A DNA stretch of 64,000 bases from Mycobacteriales bacterium. GTDB taxonomy: Bacteria > Actinomycetota > Actinomycetes > BP-191. Shown in pieces: positions 1 through 12,632 of this stretch. A program made the translations under genes and the position numbers. Position 1 is the first letter of the stretch; each line of letters opens with the position of its first letter. Under the pieces are notes generated by a model. The model was not told the DNA's origin. It saw only the letters and a list, made by a program, of their open reading frames with translations, and ran no database searches. The stretch covers positions 70,005 to 134,004 of the forward strand of contig DASTMB010000098.1 of NCBI GenBank assembly GCA_035714365.1. The letters are read 5' to 3'.

Positions 1-1717
1 CCGTCGCGCGCCCGGCCACGGCCGCGAACGCCGCCGCGTCGCCCTCGCCGCGCAGCAGCCCCGCGAGCGCGGTCGCGAACGCCACCAGCAGCGCGCCCCA
101 CGGGTCGTCCGCCGCCTCCGGCGCCGGGGCGCCGGCGTCGCGGCAGGCCGCCAGCGCGGCACAGGCGCGGGCCACCCACGGCACCCCGGTGCGTTCGGCG
201 TCGGCCCCGATGCGTTCGACCGCCGGCGCGGCGGCCGCGCCGTCCAGCGCCGCGCAGACCGCCGTCACCAGCCGCACCGCCAGCGCCGCGAACTCGCCGT
301 CCGGCACCGGGCACCGGTCCCGCAGCAACGCCGCCGCGTCGCCCGCCTGACCGGCCAGCAGCAGCGCGACCGCCGACGCCAGCACGTCCTCCGGCCGCTC
401 GCCGCGCGGCTCGGCCGCGTCCAGCGGCGAACGGCGCAGCGCCGCGCGGACGCGGTCCAGCCAGTGCAGGTCCGGGCGTTCCGGCGCGCCGAGCCACACG
501 TCGGCCAGGCGGCGTTCGGCCGCCGCGACCCGGCGCACCCGCGGGTCCGCCGCCAGCGACTCGGCGTGCCGGTACCGCTCGCGCGCCTCGGCCAGCCGGC
601 CGTCCGCGACCGCCCGCCGCGCGACCGCGAGCGACAGCCACGGGCTCTCCTCCACCAGCCGCGCCGGGATGCGTTCGGCCTCGCCCGCGCCGACGACCGG
701 GTCGCCCGCGCCGCGCAGCAGCCGCGTCACGTCCGGCCAGCGCTCCGCCCGCGCGTAGGCGACGACCGCCTCGGCGACCGCGCCGTCGTCCTCCAGCAGC
801 CCGGCCGCCGTCGCGTACCAGTCCCGCGCGCCCGCCTCGCCCAGGTCCTCCAGCAACGCCGTCTCGAGATGCCGGCGCAGCACCTCGTGGTAGCGGAACG
901 TCCGCCCGTCGTCGTCGGAGGTCGTCAGCGCCTGGCGGCGTTCCAGCTCCTCCAGCCGGCGCTGCGCGTCCGCGCTGCCGAGCAGCCGGTCGCACCGCGC
1001 GGCGGTGAGGACGCCGAAGACGCAGGTCAGCCGCAGGAACTCCCGCAGCTCCTCCGGCAGGTCGTCCAGCACCGTGCGCGCCAGGTACGCGCGCGCGAAC
1101 CGCGACCGCCCCGACAGCGACCCGATCGCCCGCCGCCGGTCGCCCAGCGGCCGCCCCGCCGTCGACAGGTGGAACAGGTGCAGTCCGGCCGCCCACCCCT
1201 CCGTCCGCCGCGTCAGCACCGCCGCGTCCGCCGGCGGCAACGGCTCCGCGTACACGTCGCCGAAGAGGCGTTCGACCTCCCACGACCGGAACCGCAGGTC
1301 GTCCGCCGTCACGATCGCGACGTCGCCCACCTCGGCGCGGGAGACGTTGAACGACGGCAGCCGCCGCGACGCCACGAACACCCGCGGCGGCAGCGTGCCG
1401 GACGTGAGCAGGTCCTCGACGGCGCGCTCGGCGGCGGTGCCGACGGCCACGTCGAAGTCGTCGAGCACCAGCGTCCCCGCACCCGCCGCGACGGCCGCGC
1501 GCAGCCGGGCGGCGAGGCGTTGCGGGTCGGTGTCCTCCGGCGCCAGCCGGTGCCACGCCACCGGCTCGGCGGCCGCCGCGGCGTACTGCGCGAGCAGGGT
1601 GGTCTTGCCGGACCCGGCCGGCGCGACGACGAGCGTCAGCCCGGCCGGGCGGTCCAGGCAGGCGATGAGCCGGGCGCGCACCAGCCCCGCCGCCGCCCCG
1701 GGCCGTGCGCCTGCCAT
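1..1717 (-). CDS. LuxR/MalT-type large ATP-binding transcriptional regulator, N-terminal ~570 aa (3' end of gene is beyond the window start)
   Basis: Minus-strand translation from ATG (complement of cat at 1715-1717) gives MAGARPGAAAGLVRARLIACLDRPAGLTLVVAPAGSGKTTLLAQYAAAAAEPVAWHRL... with a Walker-A P-loop (GSGKT), followed by a long helical, TPR-like region. Same architecture as the complete regulator at 27467..30019. Absent from the ORF track because it runs off the window edge; the + ORF 464..1849 is an Arg-rich off-frame artefact of this gene. Confidence 0.6.
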   Translation of the reverse strand, partial: MAGARPGAAAGLVRARLIACLDRPAGLTLVVAPAGSGKTTLLAQYAAAAAEPVAWHRLAPEDTDPQRLAARLRAAVAAGAGTLVLDDFDVAVGTAAERAVEDLLTSGTLPPRVFVASRRLPSFNVSRAEVGDVAIVTADDLRFRSWEVERLFGDVYAEPLPPADAAVLTRRTEGWAAGLHLFHLSTAGRPLGDRRRAIGSLSGRSRFARAYLARTVLDDLPEELREFLRLTCVFGVLTAARCDRLLGSADAQRRLEELERRQALTTSDDDGRTFRYHEVLRRHLETALLEDLGEAGARDWYATAAGLLEDDGAVAEAVVAYARAERWPDVTRLLRGAGDPVVGAGEAERIPARLVEESPWLSLAVARRAVADGRLAEARERYRHAESLAADPRVRRVAAAERRLADVWLGAPERPDLHWLDRVRAALRRSPLDAAEPRGERPEDVLASAVALLLAGQAGDAAALLRDRCPVPDGEFAALAVRLVTAVCAALDGAAAAPAVERIGADAERTGVPWVARACAALAACRDAGAPAPEAADDPWGALLVAFATALAGLLRGEGDAAAFAAVAGRAT

Positions 1718-1859
1718 CCCCGTCCCCCGCGTGTGGAGGTAACGCCGGAAACCGGCGCGTTCCGGACTCTAGCGATCACGGCGGCGGCGTCACCATCACC
1801 TCCGCGACACCTGCCCGTACCCGTGACATGGTGGGCGCCCGTGACGTGAGGAGGGGCGG

Positions 1860-3653
1860 ATGAGGCGCGTCCTGGCGGCCGTGCTCGTGCTCGTGGCGCT
1901 CGCCGCCCCGGCGGCGTCGGCGCAGGCCGGCTCCGAACGCATCACCCGGTACACCGTCGACCTCGAGCTGCGCCCCGACGGGCGGCTGCACGTCGTGGAG
2001 ACGATCGTCTACGACTTCGCCCTCACGCCGCGGCACGGCATCTACCGGATCGTCCCGGACCGGTTCCGCTACGACCGCGACAACGACCGCGTCGAACCGA
2101 TCCGCAACGTTCGCGTCACCGGCTCGCCCGGCACCCCCACCAAGACCAAGGTCGAGCACGGCGGCAACGCCACCAAGATCCGCGTCGGCGACCCCGACCG
2201 CACCATCACCGGCACCCACACGTACACGCTCGCCTACGACGTCGACGGCAGCGTCAACCGGTTCGAGGACCACGACGAGCTCTACTGGAACGCCATCGGC
2301 GACGAGTGGACCGTCCCGATCGCCGACGCGCGCGTCACCGTCCGCGCCGAGGCGACGATCGGCGAGGCGAGCTGCTTCGCCGGCCCGCGCGGCAGCAACC
2401 TGCCCTGCGGCAGCCGCACCGGCACCGCCCGCGCCGCGACGTTCGCGAAGGCGCGGCTCGGCCCCGGCTCCGCCATGACGATCGCCGTCGCGCTGCCCCG
2501 CGGCTACGCCGCCACGCCGGGGCCGCTGCTGGTCGAGCACCGGACGTTCGACAAGGCGTTCAGCCGGTCGCCGCTCGCGCTCGGGCTGGCCGCGCTGCTG
2601 CTCCTGCTCGGGCTCGGCACCGTGCTGCGGCTGCTGTCCGTGCAGGCGCGCGACCGGGCGTTCGCCGGCCAGGTGCCGGGCCTCGAACCCCCCGGTGGCG
2701 AGGCGGGCAGCGAGGAGCGGGTGCCGTTGACCGGCGCCCCGGAGGGGCCGATCGAGTACCGGCCCGACGACACCATGCGGCCCGCCCTGATGGGCGTGCT
2801 GCTGGACGAGCGGGCCGACCCGCTCGACGTCACCGCGACGATCGTCGACCTCGCCGTACGGCGGTTCCTCACCATCGAGGAGCTGCCGCGTAGCGGGCTG
2901 TTCCGCCGCCGCGACTGGCAGCTCTCGGTCCAGCCGCGCCCGGAGGGCGACGAGCTGTCGCCGTGGGAGGAGCGGCTGCTCACCGGCCTGTTCGCCGGCC
3001 GTGGCGACGTGCGGGTGTCGGACCTGAAGAAGTCGTTCCACGCCACGTACCTCGACATCACCGAGGCGCTCTACGACGACGTCGTCGCGCACGGCTGGTT
3101 CACCCGGCGGCCGGACAAGGAGCGCGGCCGCTGGTACGGCATCGGCGTCGTCGTGGTCGTCGCCGGCGGGCTGCTCACGTTCCTGCTCGCGCAGCGCACG
3201 CACCTCGCGCTCGTCGGCGTCCCCGTCGTGCTGACCGGCCTGCTGCTGCTCGCCGTGCACCGGCGGATGCCGTTCCGCACCGCGCGCGGCACCGCCGCCC
3301 GCACCCGCGCGCTGGGCTTCAAGCGCTACCTCGCCACCGCCGAGGCGAACCAGCTCCGCTTCGAGGAGCAGGAGGGCATCTTCGCCCGCTACCTGCCGTA
3401 CGCCGTCGTGCTCGGCGAGACCGAGCGCTGGGCCAAGGCGTTCCGCCACCTCGCCGACGACCCGCAGTCGGACCTGTACTGGTTCAGCGGCCCGCACGGC
3501 TGGTCCGCCAACGACTTCTCCGACTCCATCGGCGACTTCTCCACCGCGACGGCCGGCACGTTCACCTCCGCCGCGTCGAGCGGGCACAGCGGGCTCGGCG
3601 GCGGCGGCTCCTCCGGCGGCGGGGGCGGCGGCGGGGGCGGCGGCTCCTGGTGA
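1860..3653 (+). CDS. DUF2207-family predicted membrane protein (signal peptide, TM segments, Gly-rich C-terminal tail)
   Basis: MRRVLAAVLVLVALAAPAASAQA signal peptide; conserved N-terminal beta-rich domain (RYTVDLELRPDGRLHVVETIVYDF...YWNAIGDEW); two hydrophobic stretches; C-terminus [17 protein letters not shown], characteristic of DUF2207. Paralogue at 6913..8766. Confidence 0.7.
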   Translation: MRRVLAAVLVLVALAAPAASAQAGSERITRYTVDLELRPDGRLHVVETIVYDFALTPRHGIYRIVPDRFRYDRDNDRVEPIRNVRVTGSPGTPTKTKVEHGGNATKIRVGDPDRTITGTHTYTLAYDVDGSVNRFEDHDELYWNAIGDEWTVPIADARVTVRAEATIGEASCFAGPRGSNLPCGSRTGTARAATFAKARLGPGSAMTIAVALPRGYAATPGPLLVEHRTFDKAFSRSPLALGLAALLLLLGLGTVLRLLSVQARDRAFAGQVPGLEPPGGEAGSEERVPLTGAPEGPIEYRPDDTMRPALMGVLLDERADPLDVTATIVDLAVRRFLTIEELPRSGLFRRRDWQLSVQPRPEGDELSPWEERLLTGLFAGRGDVRVSDLKKSFHATYLDITEALYDDVVAHGWFTRRPDKERGRWYGIGVVVVVAGGLLTFLLAQRTHLALVGVPVVLTGLLLLAVHRRMPFRTARGTAARTRALGFKRYLATAEANQLRFEEQEGIFARYLPYAVVLGETERWAKAFRHLADDPQSDLYWFSGPHGWSANDFSDSIGDFSTATAGTFTSAASSGHSGLGGGGSSGGGGGGGGGGSW

Positions 3654-3697
3654 CGCGGTAGCGTCGGCCGCCGGACGGGTGGAACGGGGGAGCGGCG

Positions 3698-4591
3698 ATG
3701 GACTCACGGCGGCGCCAGGGCGAGCTGGTGCGCGGGGTGTTCCGGATCCTGGCGGACGAGCCGGACGGGCTGCCGGCCAAGGTCGTGCTCGCCCGGCTGG
3801 AGGAGACCGTGCCGCCGACGGAGTTCGAGGACTCCGCGTACCCCAGCGACCCCACGGTGCGGCGCCGCGAGAAGGCGGTGCGGTTCGCGACCGTCCCGTT
3901 CGTCAAGGCCGGGTGGCTGCGCAAGGAGAAGGGCGTCTGGCGCGTCACGCACGAGGGGCTCGCCGCCGAGACGGCGCACCCGGACGACTACGCGTTCGCG
4001 CAGGCCGCCGTGCGGCTCTACCGGGAGTGGAAGCGGACCCAGGCGCTCGACGAGACGGAGGCCGCCGACACGCCGCTGGACGAGGTCCCGCAGACGGCCT
4101 CGGTCCTCGAGGAGGCGGAGGAGTCGGCCCAGGCGCAGGTCCGCGACCACCTGCTCGCCATGAACCCGTACGACTTCCAGGACCTCGTCGCCGCGCTGCT
4201 GCGGGGGATGGGCTACCACGTCCACGACGACGACGTCAGCAAGGGCGGCCCCGACCAGGGGATCGACATCATCGCGTACACCGACCCCCTCGGCACCGAG
4301 GGACCGCGCATCAAGGTGCAGGTCAAGCGGCACGCCGAGAAGATCACGGTCGAGAGCCTGCGCGCGTTCCTCGCCGTGCTCGGCACGCAGGACGTCGGCA
4401 TCTACGTCACGTCCGGGGAGTTCACGAGGGAGGCGCGACGGGAGGCGCGCACGCAGGAGTCGCGGCGCCTCACCCTCGTCGACCGTTCGCGGCTGTTCGA
4501 GCTCTGGGTCGAGCACTACGGCCGGCTCAGCGAGACCGACCGCAACCGGCTGCCGTTGCGGCCGGTCTACTTCCTCGACCCGCGCGCCTGA
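3698..4591 (+). CDS. mrr: Mrr-like restriction endonuclease (winged-helix Mrr_N + PD-(D/E)xK Mrr_cat); putative type IV modification-dependent restriction enzyme
   Basis: N-terminal DNA-binding module (VVLARLEETVPP...RFATVPFVKAGWLRKEKGVW), then LLAMNPYDFQDLVAALLRGMGYHV...GGPDQGIDIIAYTD...IKVQVKRH...VGIYVTSGEFTREA, matching the Mrr catalytic core (D...D/E-x-K). GGGGGAG-type RBS upstream of ATG 3698. Confidence 0.6.
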   Translation: MDSRRRQGELVRGVFRILADEPDGLPAKVVLARLEETVPPTEFEDSAYPSDPTVRRREKAVRFATVPFVKAGWLRKEKGVWRVTHEGLAAETAHPDDYAFAQAAVRLYREWKRTQALDETEAADTPLDEVPQTASVLEEAEESAQAQVRDHLLAMNPYDFQDLVAALLRGMGYHVHDDDVSKGGPDQGIDIIAYTDPLGTEGPRIKVQVKRHAEKITVESLRAFLAVLGTQDVGIYVTSGEFTREARREARTQESRRLTLVDRSRLFELWVEHYGRLSETDRNRLPLRPVYFLDPRA

Positions 4592-4595
4592 CCCG

Positions 4596-6755
4596 TCACT
4601 CCGCCACGAACCACAACGCCGCGAGCGCCGGCAGGTAGATCTCCGCCGACGCCGGCTGCCCGTGCCACGGCTGCTCGGTCGCCTCGACCGCGCCGAAGTT
4701 GCCGCCGCCCGCGCCAGCGTACCCCTCGGCGTCGGTGTTCAGCGCCTCGCGCCAGCGGCCCGCGCGCGGCAGGCCGAGCCGGTAGCCGGTGTGCGGCTGG
4801 CCGCTGAAGTTCGCGACGCAGGCCAGCACCGAGCCGTCCGAGCCCCAGCGCAGGAACGACAGCACGTTGCTCCCGGCGTCGTTCGCGTCGATCCACTGGA
4901 AGCCCTCGGGCGTCACGTCCTGCGACCACAGCGACGGCTCGTTGCGGTAGGTGCGGTTGAGGTCGCGGACCAGCGCCTGCATGCCGCTGTGGTCCGGCCA
5001 CTGGAGCAGGTCCCAGCTCAGCGACCGCGACTCCGACCATTCCTCCGGCTGCGCGATCTCGCAGCCCATGAACAGCAGCTGCTTCCCCGGATGCGCCCAC
5101 ATGTAGGCGAGCAGCGCGCGCATCGTCGCGAGCTGCTGCCACTGGTCGCCCGGCATCTTGCGCAGCAGCGAGCCCTTGCCGTGCACGACCTCGTCGTGGC
5201 TGATCGGCAGCACGAAGTTCTCGGAGTACGCGTACATCATCGAGAACGTCATCTGGTGGTGGTGGTACTGCCGGTAGATCGGCGGGCGTTCCGCGTACGC
5301 GAGCGTGTCGTGCATCCAGCCCATGTTCCACTTGAAGCCGAAGCCGAGGCCGCCCAGGTGGACCGGGCGGGAGACGCCCGGCCAGGCGGTCGACTCCTCC
5401 GCCACCGTCACCACGCCCGGGTTGCGGCGGTAGACCACGGCGTTCATCTCGCGGAGGAACTCCACCGCGTCGAGGTTCTCGCGACCGCCGAACTCGTTCG
5501 GCAGCCACTCGCCCTCCTTGCGCGAGTAGTCGAGGTAGAGCATCGACGCGACCGCGTCGACGCGCAGCCCGTCGACGTGGAACTCCTCGATCCAGTACAG
5601 GGCGTTGGCCACGAGGAAGTTGCGGACCTCGTTGCGGCCGAAGTCGAAGACCAGCGTCCCCCAGTCCGGGTGCTCCCCGCGCCGCGGGTCGGCGTGCTCG
5701 TACAGCGGCGTCCCGTCGAACCGCGCCAGCGCGAACTCGTCCTTCGGGAAGTGCGCCGGCACCCAGTCGACGATCACGCCGACGCCCGCCTGGTGCAGCC
5801 GGTCCACCAGGTAGCGGAACTCGTCCGGCGTCCCGAACCGCGACGTCGGCGCGTAGTACGCCGACACCTGGTAGCCCCACGACCCGCCGAACGGGTGCTC
5901 CGCCACCGGCAGCAGCTCGACGTGCGTGAAGCCCATCTCGACCACGTAGTCGGTGAGCTGGTCGGCCAGCTCGGTGTACGACAGGCCCTGGCGCCACGAG
6001 CCGAGGTGGACCTCGTAGACGCTCATCGGCTCCGCGTGCTGCCGGCGCTGCGCCCGCTGCTCCAGCCAGTCGTCGTCCTTCCAGTCGTACCGGCTGGTGT
6101 AGACGACACCCGCCGTGTCCGGCGGCACCTCCGTGTGGAACGCGAGCGGGTCGAGCTTCTGCCGCCAGACGCCGTCCGCGCCGAGGATCTCGTACTTGTA
6201 CCTCGTGCCGTCGCCGACGCCGGGGACGAACACCTCCCACACGCCGCTGCTGCCCATCGACCGCATCGGGTGGCCGCGGCCGTCCCAGTAGTTGAAGTCA
6301 CCCACCACGCGCACGCCCTGCGCGTTCGGCGCCCACACGGCGAACGTCGTGCCGGTCGTCTCGCCGTAGGTCCGGACGTGCGCGCCGAGCTTGCACCACA
6401 GGTCCTCGTGCCGGCCCTCGCCGATCAGGTGCAGGTCGATGTCGCCGAGGCTCGGCCAGTACCGGTACGGGTCGTCCGTCACGTGGGTCTCGCCGCCGTA
6501 CGCGACCTCGATCCGGTAGTCCGGCACGTCGCCACCCGCGACGCTGCCCGCCCACACGCCGCCGTCGTGCACCTGCTTCAACGGCACCCGCTCGCCGTTG
6601 ACGATCGCGGTCACGCGGCTCGCGCCGGGGCGGAGCGCGCGGATCGTCGTCTTGCTGCGCGCCGGGTGCGCGCCGAGCAGCGAGTGCGGGTCGTGGTGGG
6701 TCCCCGCGACGAGCCGGTCCAGCTCCTCCGTCAGGACACGCGAAACAGGCGGCAT
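4596..6755 (-). CDS. glgB: 1,4-alpha-glucan branching enzyme GlgB (GH13)
   Basis: [31 protein letters not shown]..., CBM48 and GH13 catalytic motifs ([33 protein letters not shown]). Start taken at the conserved MPPVS (codon 22 of track ORF 4596..6818). Confidence 0.9.
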   Translation of the reverse strand: MPPVSRVLTEELDRLVAGTHHDPHSLLGAHPARSKTTIRALRPGASRVTAIVNGERVPLKQVHDGGVWAGSVAGGDVPDYRIEVAYGGETHVTDDPYRYWPSLGDIDLHLIGEGRHEDLWCKLGAHVRTYGETTGTTFAVWAPNAQGVRVVGDFNYWDGRGHPMRSMGSSGVWEVFVPGVGDGTRYKYEILGADGVWRQKLDPLAFHTEVPPDTAGVVYTSRYDWKDDDWLEQRAQRRQHAEPMSVYEVHLGSWRQGLSYTELADQLTDYVVEMGFTHVELLPVAEHPFGGSWGYQVSAYYAPTSRFGTPDEFRYLVDRLHQAGVGVIVDWVPAHFPKDEFALARFDGTPLYEHADPRRGEHPDWGTLVFDFGRNEVRNFLVANALYWIEEFHVDGLRVDAVASMLYLDYSRKEGEWLPNEFGGRENLDAVEFLREMNAVVYRRNPGVVTVAEESTAWPGVSRPVHLGGLGFGFKWNMGWMHDTLAYAERPPIYRQYHHHQMTFSMMYAYSENFVLPISHDEVVHGKGSLLRKMPGDQWQQLATMRALLAYMWAHPGKQLLFMGCEIAQPEEWSESRSLSWDLLQWPDHSGMQALVRDLNRTYRNEPSLWSQDVTPEGFQWIDANDAGSNVLSFLRWGSDGSVLACVANFSGQPHTGYRLGLPRAGRWREALNTDAEGYAGAGGGNFGAVEATEQPWHGQPASAEIYLPALAALWFVAE

Positions 6756-6912
6756 GAGGTCCACCTTCCCCGGAAGGTCCTCCGATAACAACGCGCGGCC
6801 GGGGTGGTGCGCGCGCACGTCGCCGGACGGCAGAATCGGCGGCGCCCCCAGGAGGAACCCATGCCCGCACGCACGCCCCGTCCGCCCGCCGCGCCCAGCC
6901 GGGCGGTCTGAC

Positions 6913-8766
6913 GTGCGCCTGGCGCGCCTGGCGCGCCTCGCCGGCGCGCTCGGTGTCGTCGCGGCGGTCGCCCTCCCCGGCGCGGGCGCGTCCGCGCAGG
7001 CCTTCGAGCGGATCGTGCGTTACGACGTGACGCTCGACGTGCGCCCCACCGGGGTGCTGCACGTCACCGAGACGATCGACTACGACTTCGGCGCGGCGTA
7101 CCGGCACGGCATCTTCCGCAGCATCCCGCGCCGGTTTCGCTACGACGACCGGCATGACCGCGTGTACCCGATCCACGGCGTGCGGGTCAGCGGGTCGCCG
7201 GGGACGCCGCTGGACTTCACGACGCACGAGGAGGGCGGCGACACCGTCGTCAAGGTCGGCGACCCCGACCGGACGGTCAACGGCCGGCACCGGTACGTCA
7301 TCGCGTACGACATCGACGGCGCGCTGAACCAGTTCGACGACGACCAGGAGCTGTACTGGAACGCCATCGGCCCCGAGTGGGCCGTGCCGGTGGACAGCGC
7401 GACCGTGACCGTCCACGCCGACGCGCCGATCGGCGAGGTCGCCTGCTTCGCCGGACCCGCCGGCAGCACCCGCGCGTGCCGGTCGTCGCGCGTCCGCGGC
7501 GACGTGGCGACGTTCGCGCAGCCGGGGCTGGACCCGTACGACGGCTTCACCGTCGTGGCCGCCCTGCCGGTGCGGTACGCCGCGAGCGCGGCCCCGGTGC
7601 TGGTCGAACGGTGGAGCCTCGACCGCGCGTTCGACCGTTCGCCGCGCGCGCTCGCGCTGAGCGGGCTGGTGCTGCTCGCCGGCGTGGGGACCGCCGGCGG
7701 CCTGGTGTACGCCGGACGGGACCGCCGCTACCCGGGACAGGTGCCGGGGCTCGAACCGGCGCCGGGGCAGGAGGCGGACGAGGAGCGGGTGCCGTTGCTC
7801 GGCTCGCGCGCCGGCCCGGTGGAGTTCCGGCCGCCGGACGGAATGCGTCCGGCGCAGATGGGCCTGGTGCTGGACGAGTCGGTGGACCCGGTCGACGTGA
7901 CGGCGACGGTGATCGACCTCGCGGTGCGCGGCTACCTCACGATCGAGGAGCTGCCGCGGCAGGGGCGGTTCCACGGGCGCGACTGGCGGCTGCGGCTGCT
8001 CGACACGCCGACCCGCGACCCGGACGACCGCCTGCTGCCGTGGGAGGAACGGGTGCTGTCCGGCCTGTTCCGCGGCGGCGACGACTCGCTGCTGTCGGAC
8101 GCCGAAACGCGCTTCCGGCCGTTCTTCGAGTCGTTCGAGAAGGCGCTCTACTCGGACGCGCTGCGGCGCGGCTGGTTCAGCCGCCACCCCAACGAGGTCC
8201 GCGGCCGCTGGCACCGCGTCGGTGCGCGCGTGACGTTCGCCGGGGTGGTGCTCACCGGGCTGCTGGTGCCGTGGACGCACCTCGCGCTGGTCGGCGTCGC
8301 GGTGCTCCTGGCGGGCGTCGCCTTCCTCGCGCTGCACGGCCGGATGCCGGCTCGTACCGCGCGGGGCAGCGCGGCGCTGGCGCGGGCGCTCGGCTTCCGC
8401 CGCTACCTCGTGACCGCGGAGGTGGAGCAGCTCCGGTCGGAGGAACGCGCCGGGCTGTTCGCGCGGTACCTGCCGTACGCGATCGTGCTGGGCGAGACCA
8501 AGCGCTGGGCGAAGGTGTTCCACGACCTCGGCGCGCCAGCGGCGGAGCACCTCTCCTGGTACTCCGGCCCCGAAGGCTGGTCGACGCTCGACTTCACCGA
8601 GTCGCTCCACTCGTTCAGCACCACCACGGCGGCCACGGTCGTGGCGCGGACGCCGACGGTGTCGTCGTCGGGCGGCAGCGGTTTCTCCGACAGCGGCTCC
8701 TCCGGCGGCTCCTCGGGCGGCTCGTCCGGCGGTGGCGGCGGCGGGGGCGGCGGCGGGAGCTGGTAG
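6913..8766 (+). CDS. DUF2207-family predicted membrane protein (paralogue of 1860..3653)
   Basis: GTG start gives [30 protein letters not shown] signal peptide; same conserved blocks as the first copy ([46 protein letters not shown]); C-terminus [22 protein letters not shown]. Track ORF 6598..8766 extends the start over the divergent glgB start region. Confidence 0.7.
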   Translation: MRLARLARLAGALGVVAAVALPGAGASAQAFERIVRYDVTLDVRPTGVLHVTETIDYDFGAAYRHGIFRSIPRRFRYDDRHDRVYPIHGVRVSGSPGTPLDFTTHEEGGDTVVKVGDPDRTVNGRHRYVIAYDIDGALNQFDDDQELYWNAIGPEWAVPVDSATVTVHADAPIGEVACFAGPAGSTRACRSSRVRGDVATFAQPGLDPYDGFTVVAALPVRYAASAAPVLVERWSLDRAFDRSPRALALSGLVLLAGVGTAGGLVYAGRDRRYPGQVPGLEPAPGQEADEERVPLLGSRAGPVEFRPPDGMRPAQMGLVLDESVDPVDVTATVIDLAVRGYLTIEELPRQGRFHGRDWRLRLLDTPTRDPDDRLLPWEERVLSGLFRGGDDSLLSDAETRFRPFFESFEKALYSDALRRGWFSRHPNEVRGRWHRVGARVTFAGVVLTGLLVPWTHLALVGVAVLLAGVAFLALHGRMPARTARGSAALARALGFRRYLVTAEVEQLRSEERAGLFARYLPYAIVLGETKRWAKVFHDLGAPAAEHLSWYSGPEGWSTLDFTESLHSFSTTTAATVVARTPTVSSSGGSGFSDSGSSGGSSGGSSGGGGGGGGGGSW

Positions 8767-8767
8767 G

Positions 8768-10071
8768 TCAGCCGACGAGGCGTTCGATGCCCGCGAGCGG
8801 GATGCCGATCCAGGACGGGCGGTGGGAGGCCTCGTACCGGACCTCGTACACCGCCTTGTCGAGCTCGAACGCCCTGAGCAACGCCGCCGCCTCGCGCGGG
8901 TCGCGCCCGGACTGCTGGCCGTACCCGTCGCAGAACGCGTCGCGGTTGCGGTCGGCCCACTCCACGGCGCGGTAGACGAGCTGGGCCGAGTCGGGGTGGT
9001 CGGCGAGCAGGTGGCGGGCGGCGTAGTCGAACGACCGCAGCATCCCCGCCACGTCCCGCAACGGCGACATCAGCGCGGTGCGTTCGGCGAGCGGCCGCGC
9101 GGGCTCGCCCTCGAAGTCGAGCACGACCCACCCGTCGCCGGTGCGCAGGCACTGGCCGAGGTGCAGGTCGCCGTGGATGCGCTGCACGGGCACCTCGCCC
9201 ACGTCGGACAGCGCGTCGTACGCGGCGCCGATCCCGGCGGCGTACGGCGCCAGCTCCGGCCCGGCCGCGACGGCCGCCGCGAGCCGCGCGTGCAGCATCG
9301 CCACCGTCTCGGCGGTCTCCTCGGCCGACGCGGTCCGTGACGGCAGCGCGCGCGCCAGGTCGGCGTGCAGCGCGGCGGTGACGGCGCCGAGCCGGCACGA
9401 CTCGGGCGCGAGGTCGCCGCCGACCTCGTCGGCGTGCAGGTCCCGCTCGGCGTAGAGGTCGCGGACGCTGGTCAGCGCGAGCGTCCACCCGTCGGTGCCG
9501 CCCTTGATGAACGGCTGGAGCAGCGCGAGCGTCGACCCGGCGCCCTCGGCCCAGCCGAGCGCGCGCGCGATCGACGTGGAGCCGAGCTCGCCGAGGGCGC
9601 GCACCACCTCGAGGTCGGGGTTCGGCGAGTCGGTGAGCCGCCGGTACAGCTTGAGGATGTACGTGTCGCCGTAGACCAGCGACGTGTTGCTCTGCTCGGC
9701 GCCGAGCGGCCGCCCCGGCAGGTCCGGCTCGCTGACCTCGCCGGTGAACGTCAGGCCGTCGACGGTGGCGCCGGTCGCCATGAGGCGGAGCCACTCGTTG
9801 TTGACGGCGGGGTCGTGCGGCGCGTCGTAGACGAGCTCGCCGTCGACCTCGCCGACCAGCGCGTGCGCGAGACGTTCGTCCTCCTCGGCCCGGAACGACA
9901 GCCACACCTGATAGCGGTCGTCGTGCGCGGTGACGACGTAGAGGTCGAGCCGCGGGTCGCCGTCGCGCACCGTGGCGACGTGCTCGGCGGTGACGGACGG
10001 GAGCGCGCGCGACTTGTCGGCGTACCACCGCTGCTTGGGCAGCCACTCCGCCAGCAGCGCGTCGAGATCGG

Positions 10072-10075
<4 letters not shown>
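8768..10075 (-). CDS. mak: Maltokinase (maltose 1-phosphate-forming; Mak/Pep2)
   Basis: [23 protein letters not shown]...[18 protein letters not shown]...[11 protein letters not shown]...DFEG, i.e. the Pep2/Mak aminoglycoside-phosphotransferase-like fold. GTG start overlaps the treS stop by 4 nt (GTGA). Lies inside the artefactual 871-aa track ORF 8768..11383. Confidence 0.8.
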
Positions 10076-11712
<1,637 letters not shown>

Positions 11713-11933
11713 GGCGCTGCGGGGGCGTGTGGGGTCAGCACGGGCCGAACCTACCCGGCGAGACGGTCAGGCAACATCGGCGCCGGGGCTCCGTCCTGAC
11801 TCGGCCCGGAGGTGCGTCTACTCCTCGCGAGCGAGGTCTCACCCCCAAATCAGGTTGCTCCGTGTGGCGGTTGAGTTAGACGGATGGCGCATGCCAAGAT
11901 TTCATCCCGTCACCACACGACGGGGGAACACCA

Positions 11934-12632
11934 ATGCGCATCAGGCGCCTCGTAGTAGTCGCGGCGTCTGCCGCGGTGTGCTTGCTCCAGCTACCCGCAT
12001 CGGCCGTGACGGTGGCGTCCGATCGCGCCTTTCCTCGCTATCGATCGCTCGACATAGCCGACGCCTACGCGCGCTTCGAGTGCGACGGTGTGGAATGTCA
12101 TCTCATGACGAGGGCCGTCGCGAACACGTCCAGCGTCCGCGGGTGCATGCGCGAGATCGTGGGGGCGGCCTCCGTGAGTCCGGCGCTGTCGTACTCCGAC
12201 ACCGAATGCATCGTCATCGTCGACGGCCGGTTCCAGCCGGGCCCGGGATCGGGCTCGGCCGCCGCCTGCACGTTACAGTCCGCCCAAGCGGTCGCTGTCG
12301 AATTCTCCAGCGGGGTCAACTCGGCTTTCAGCGGTACCTTCTCGGCCAGCGGGACCGTGGTGCCGACGGTGGTCCAGCGGTCGCCGCAAGGCTGGCCACT
12401 CGTCAAGAAGGCGCGGCTGTCACTCATCGGCGGCAGCGTGTTGCGGAGCTCGACGCTCCCGGGGATCGGTACGATCGAGCACACCTACTTCGACATCACG
12501 TTCCCGATCCCGATCGACACCTGCCACCCCTCCGCGCGCTACGCCGACGGCAAGGCAGGTGCGGTCCGGCCCGTCCGGGTGCTCGACGGGGCCGAGGCGA
12601 CGGAGTCGAGCACGATCAGCGTCTATGTCTGA
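11934..12632 (+). CDS. Secreted hypothetical protein (signal peptide)
   Basis: MRIRRLVVVAASAAVCLLQLPASA signal peptide; GGGGGAA RBS 6 nt upstream. The 5' region and upstream intergenic DNA are noticeably lower in GC than the surroundings. The stop overlaps the start of the next gene by 8 nt. Confidence 0.45.
   Translation: MRIRRLVVVAASAAVCLLQLPASAVTVASDRAFPRYRSLDIADAYARFECDGVECHLMTRAVANTSSVRGCMREIVGAASVSPALSYSDTECIVIVDGRFQPGPGSGSAAACTLQSAQAVAVEFSSGVNSAFSGTFSASGTVVPTVVQRSPQGWPLVKKARLSLIGGSVLRSSTLPGIGTIEHTYFDITFPIPIDTCHPSARYADGKAGAVRPVRVLDGAEATESSTISVYV

Noticed and set aside
464-3707. Track ORFs 464..1849 (+), 1005..1742 (+), 1776..3707 (-)
   Set aside because: Low-complexity Arg/Pro-rich translations overlapping the minus-strand LuxR-ATPase gene and the DUF2207 gene in alternative frames; artefacts.
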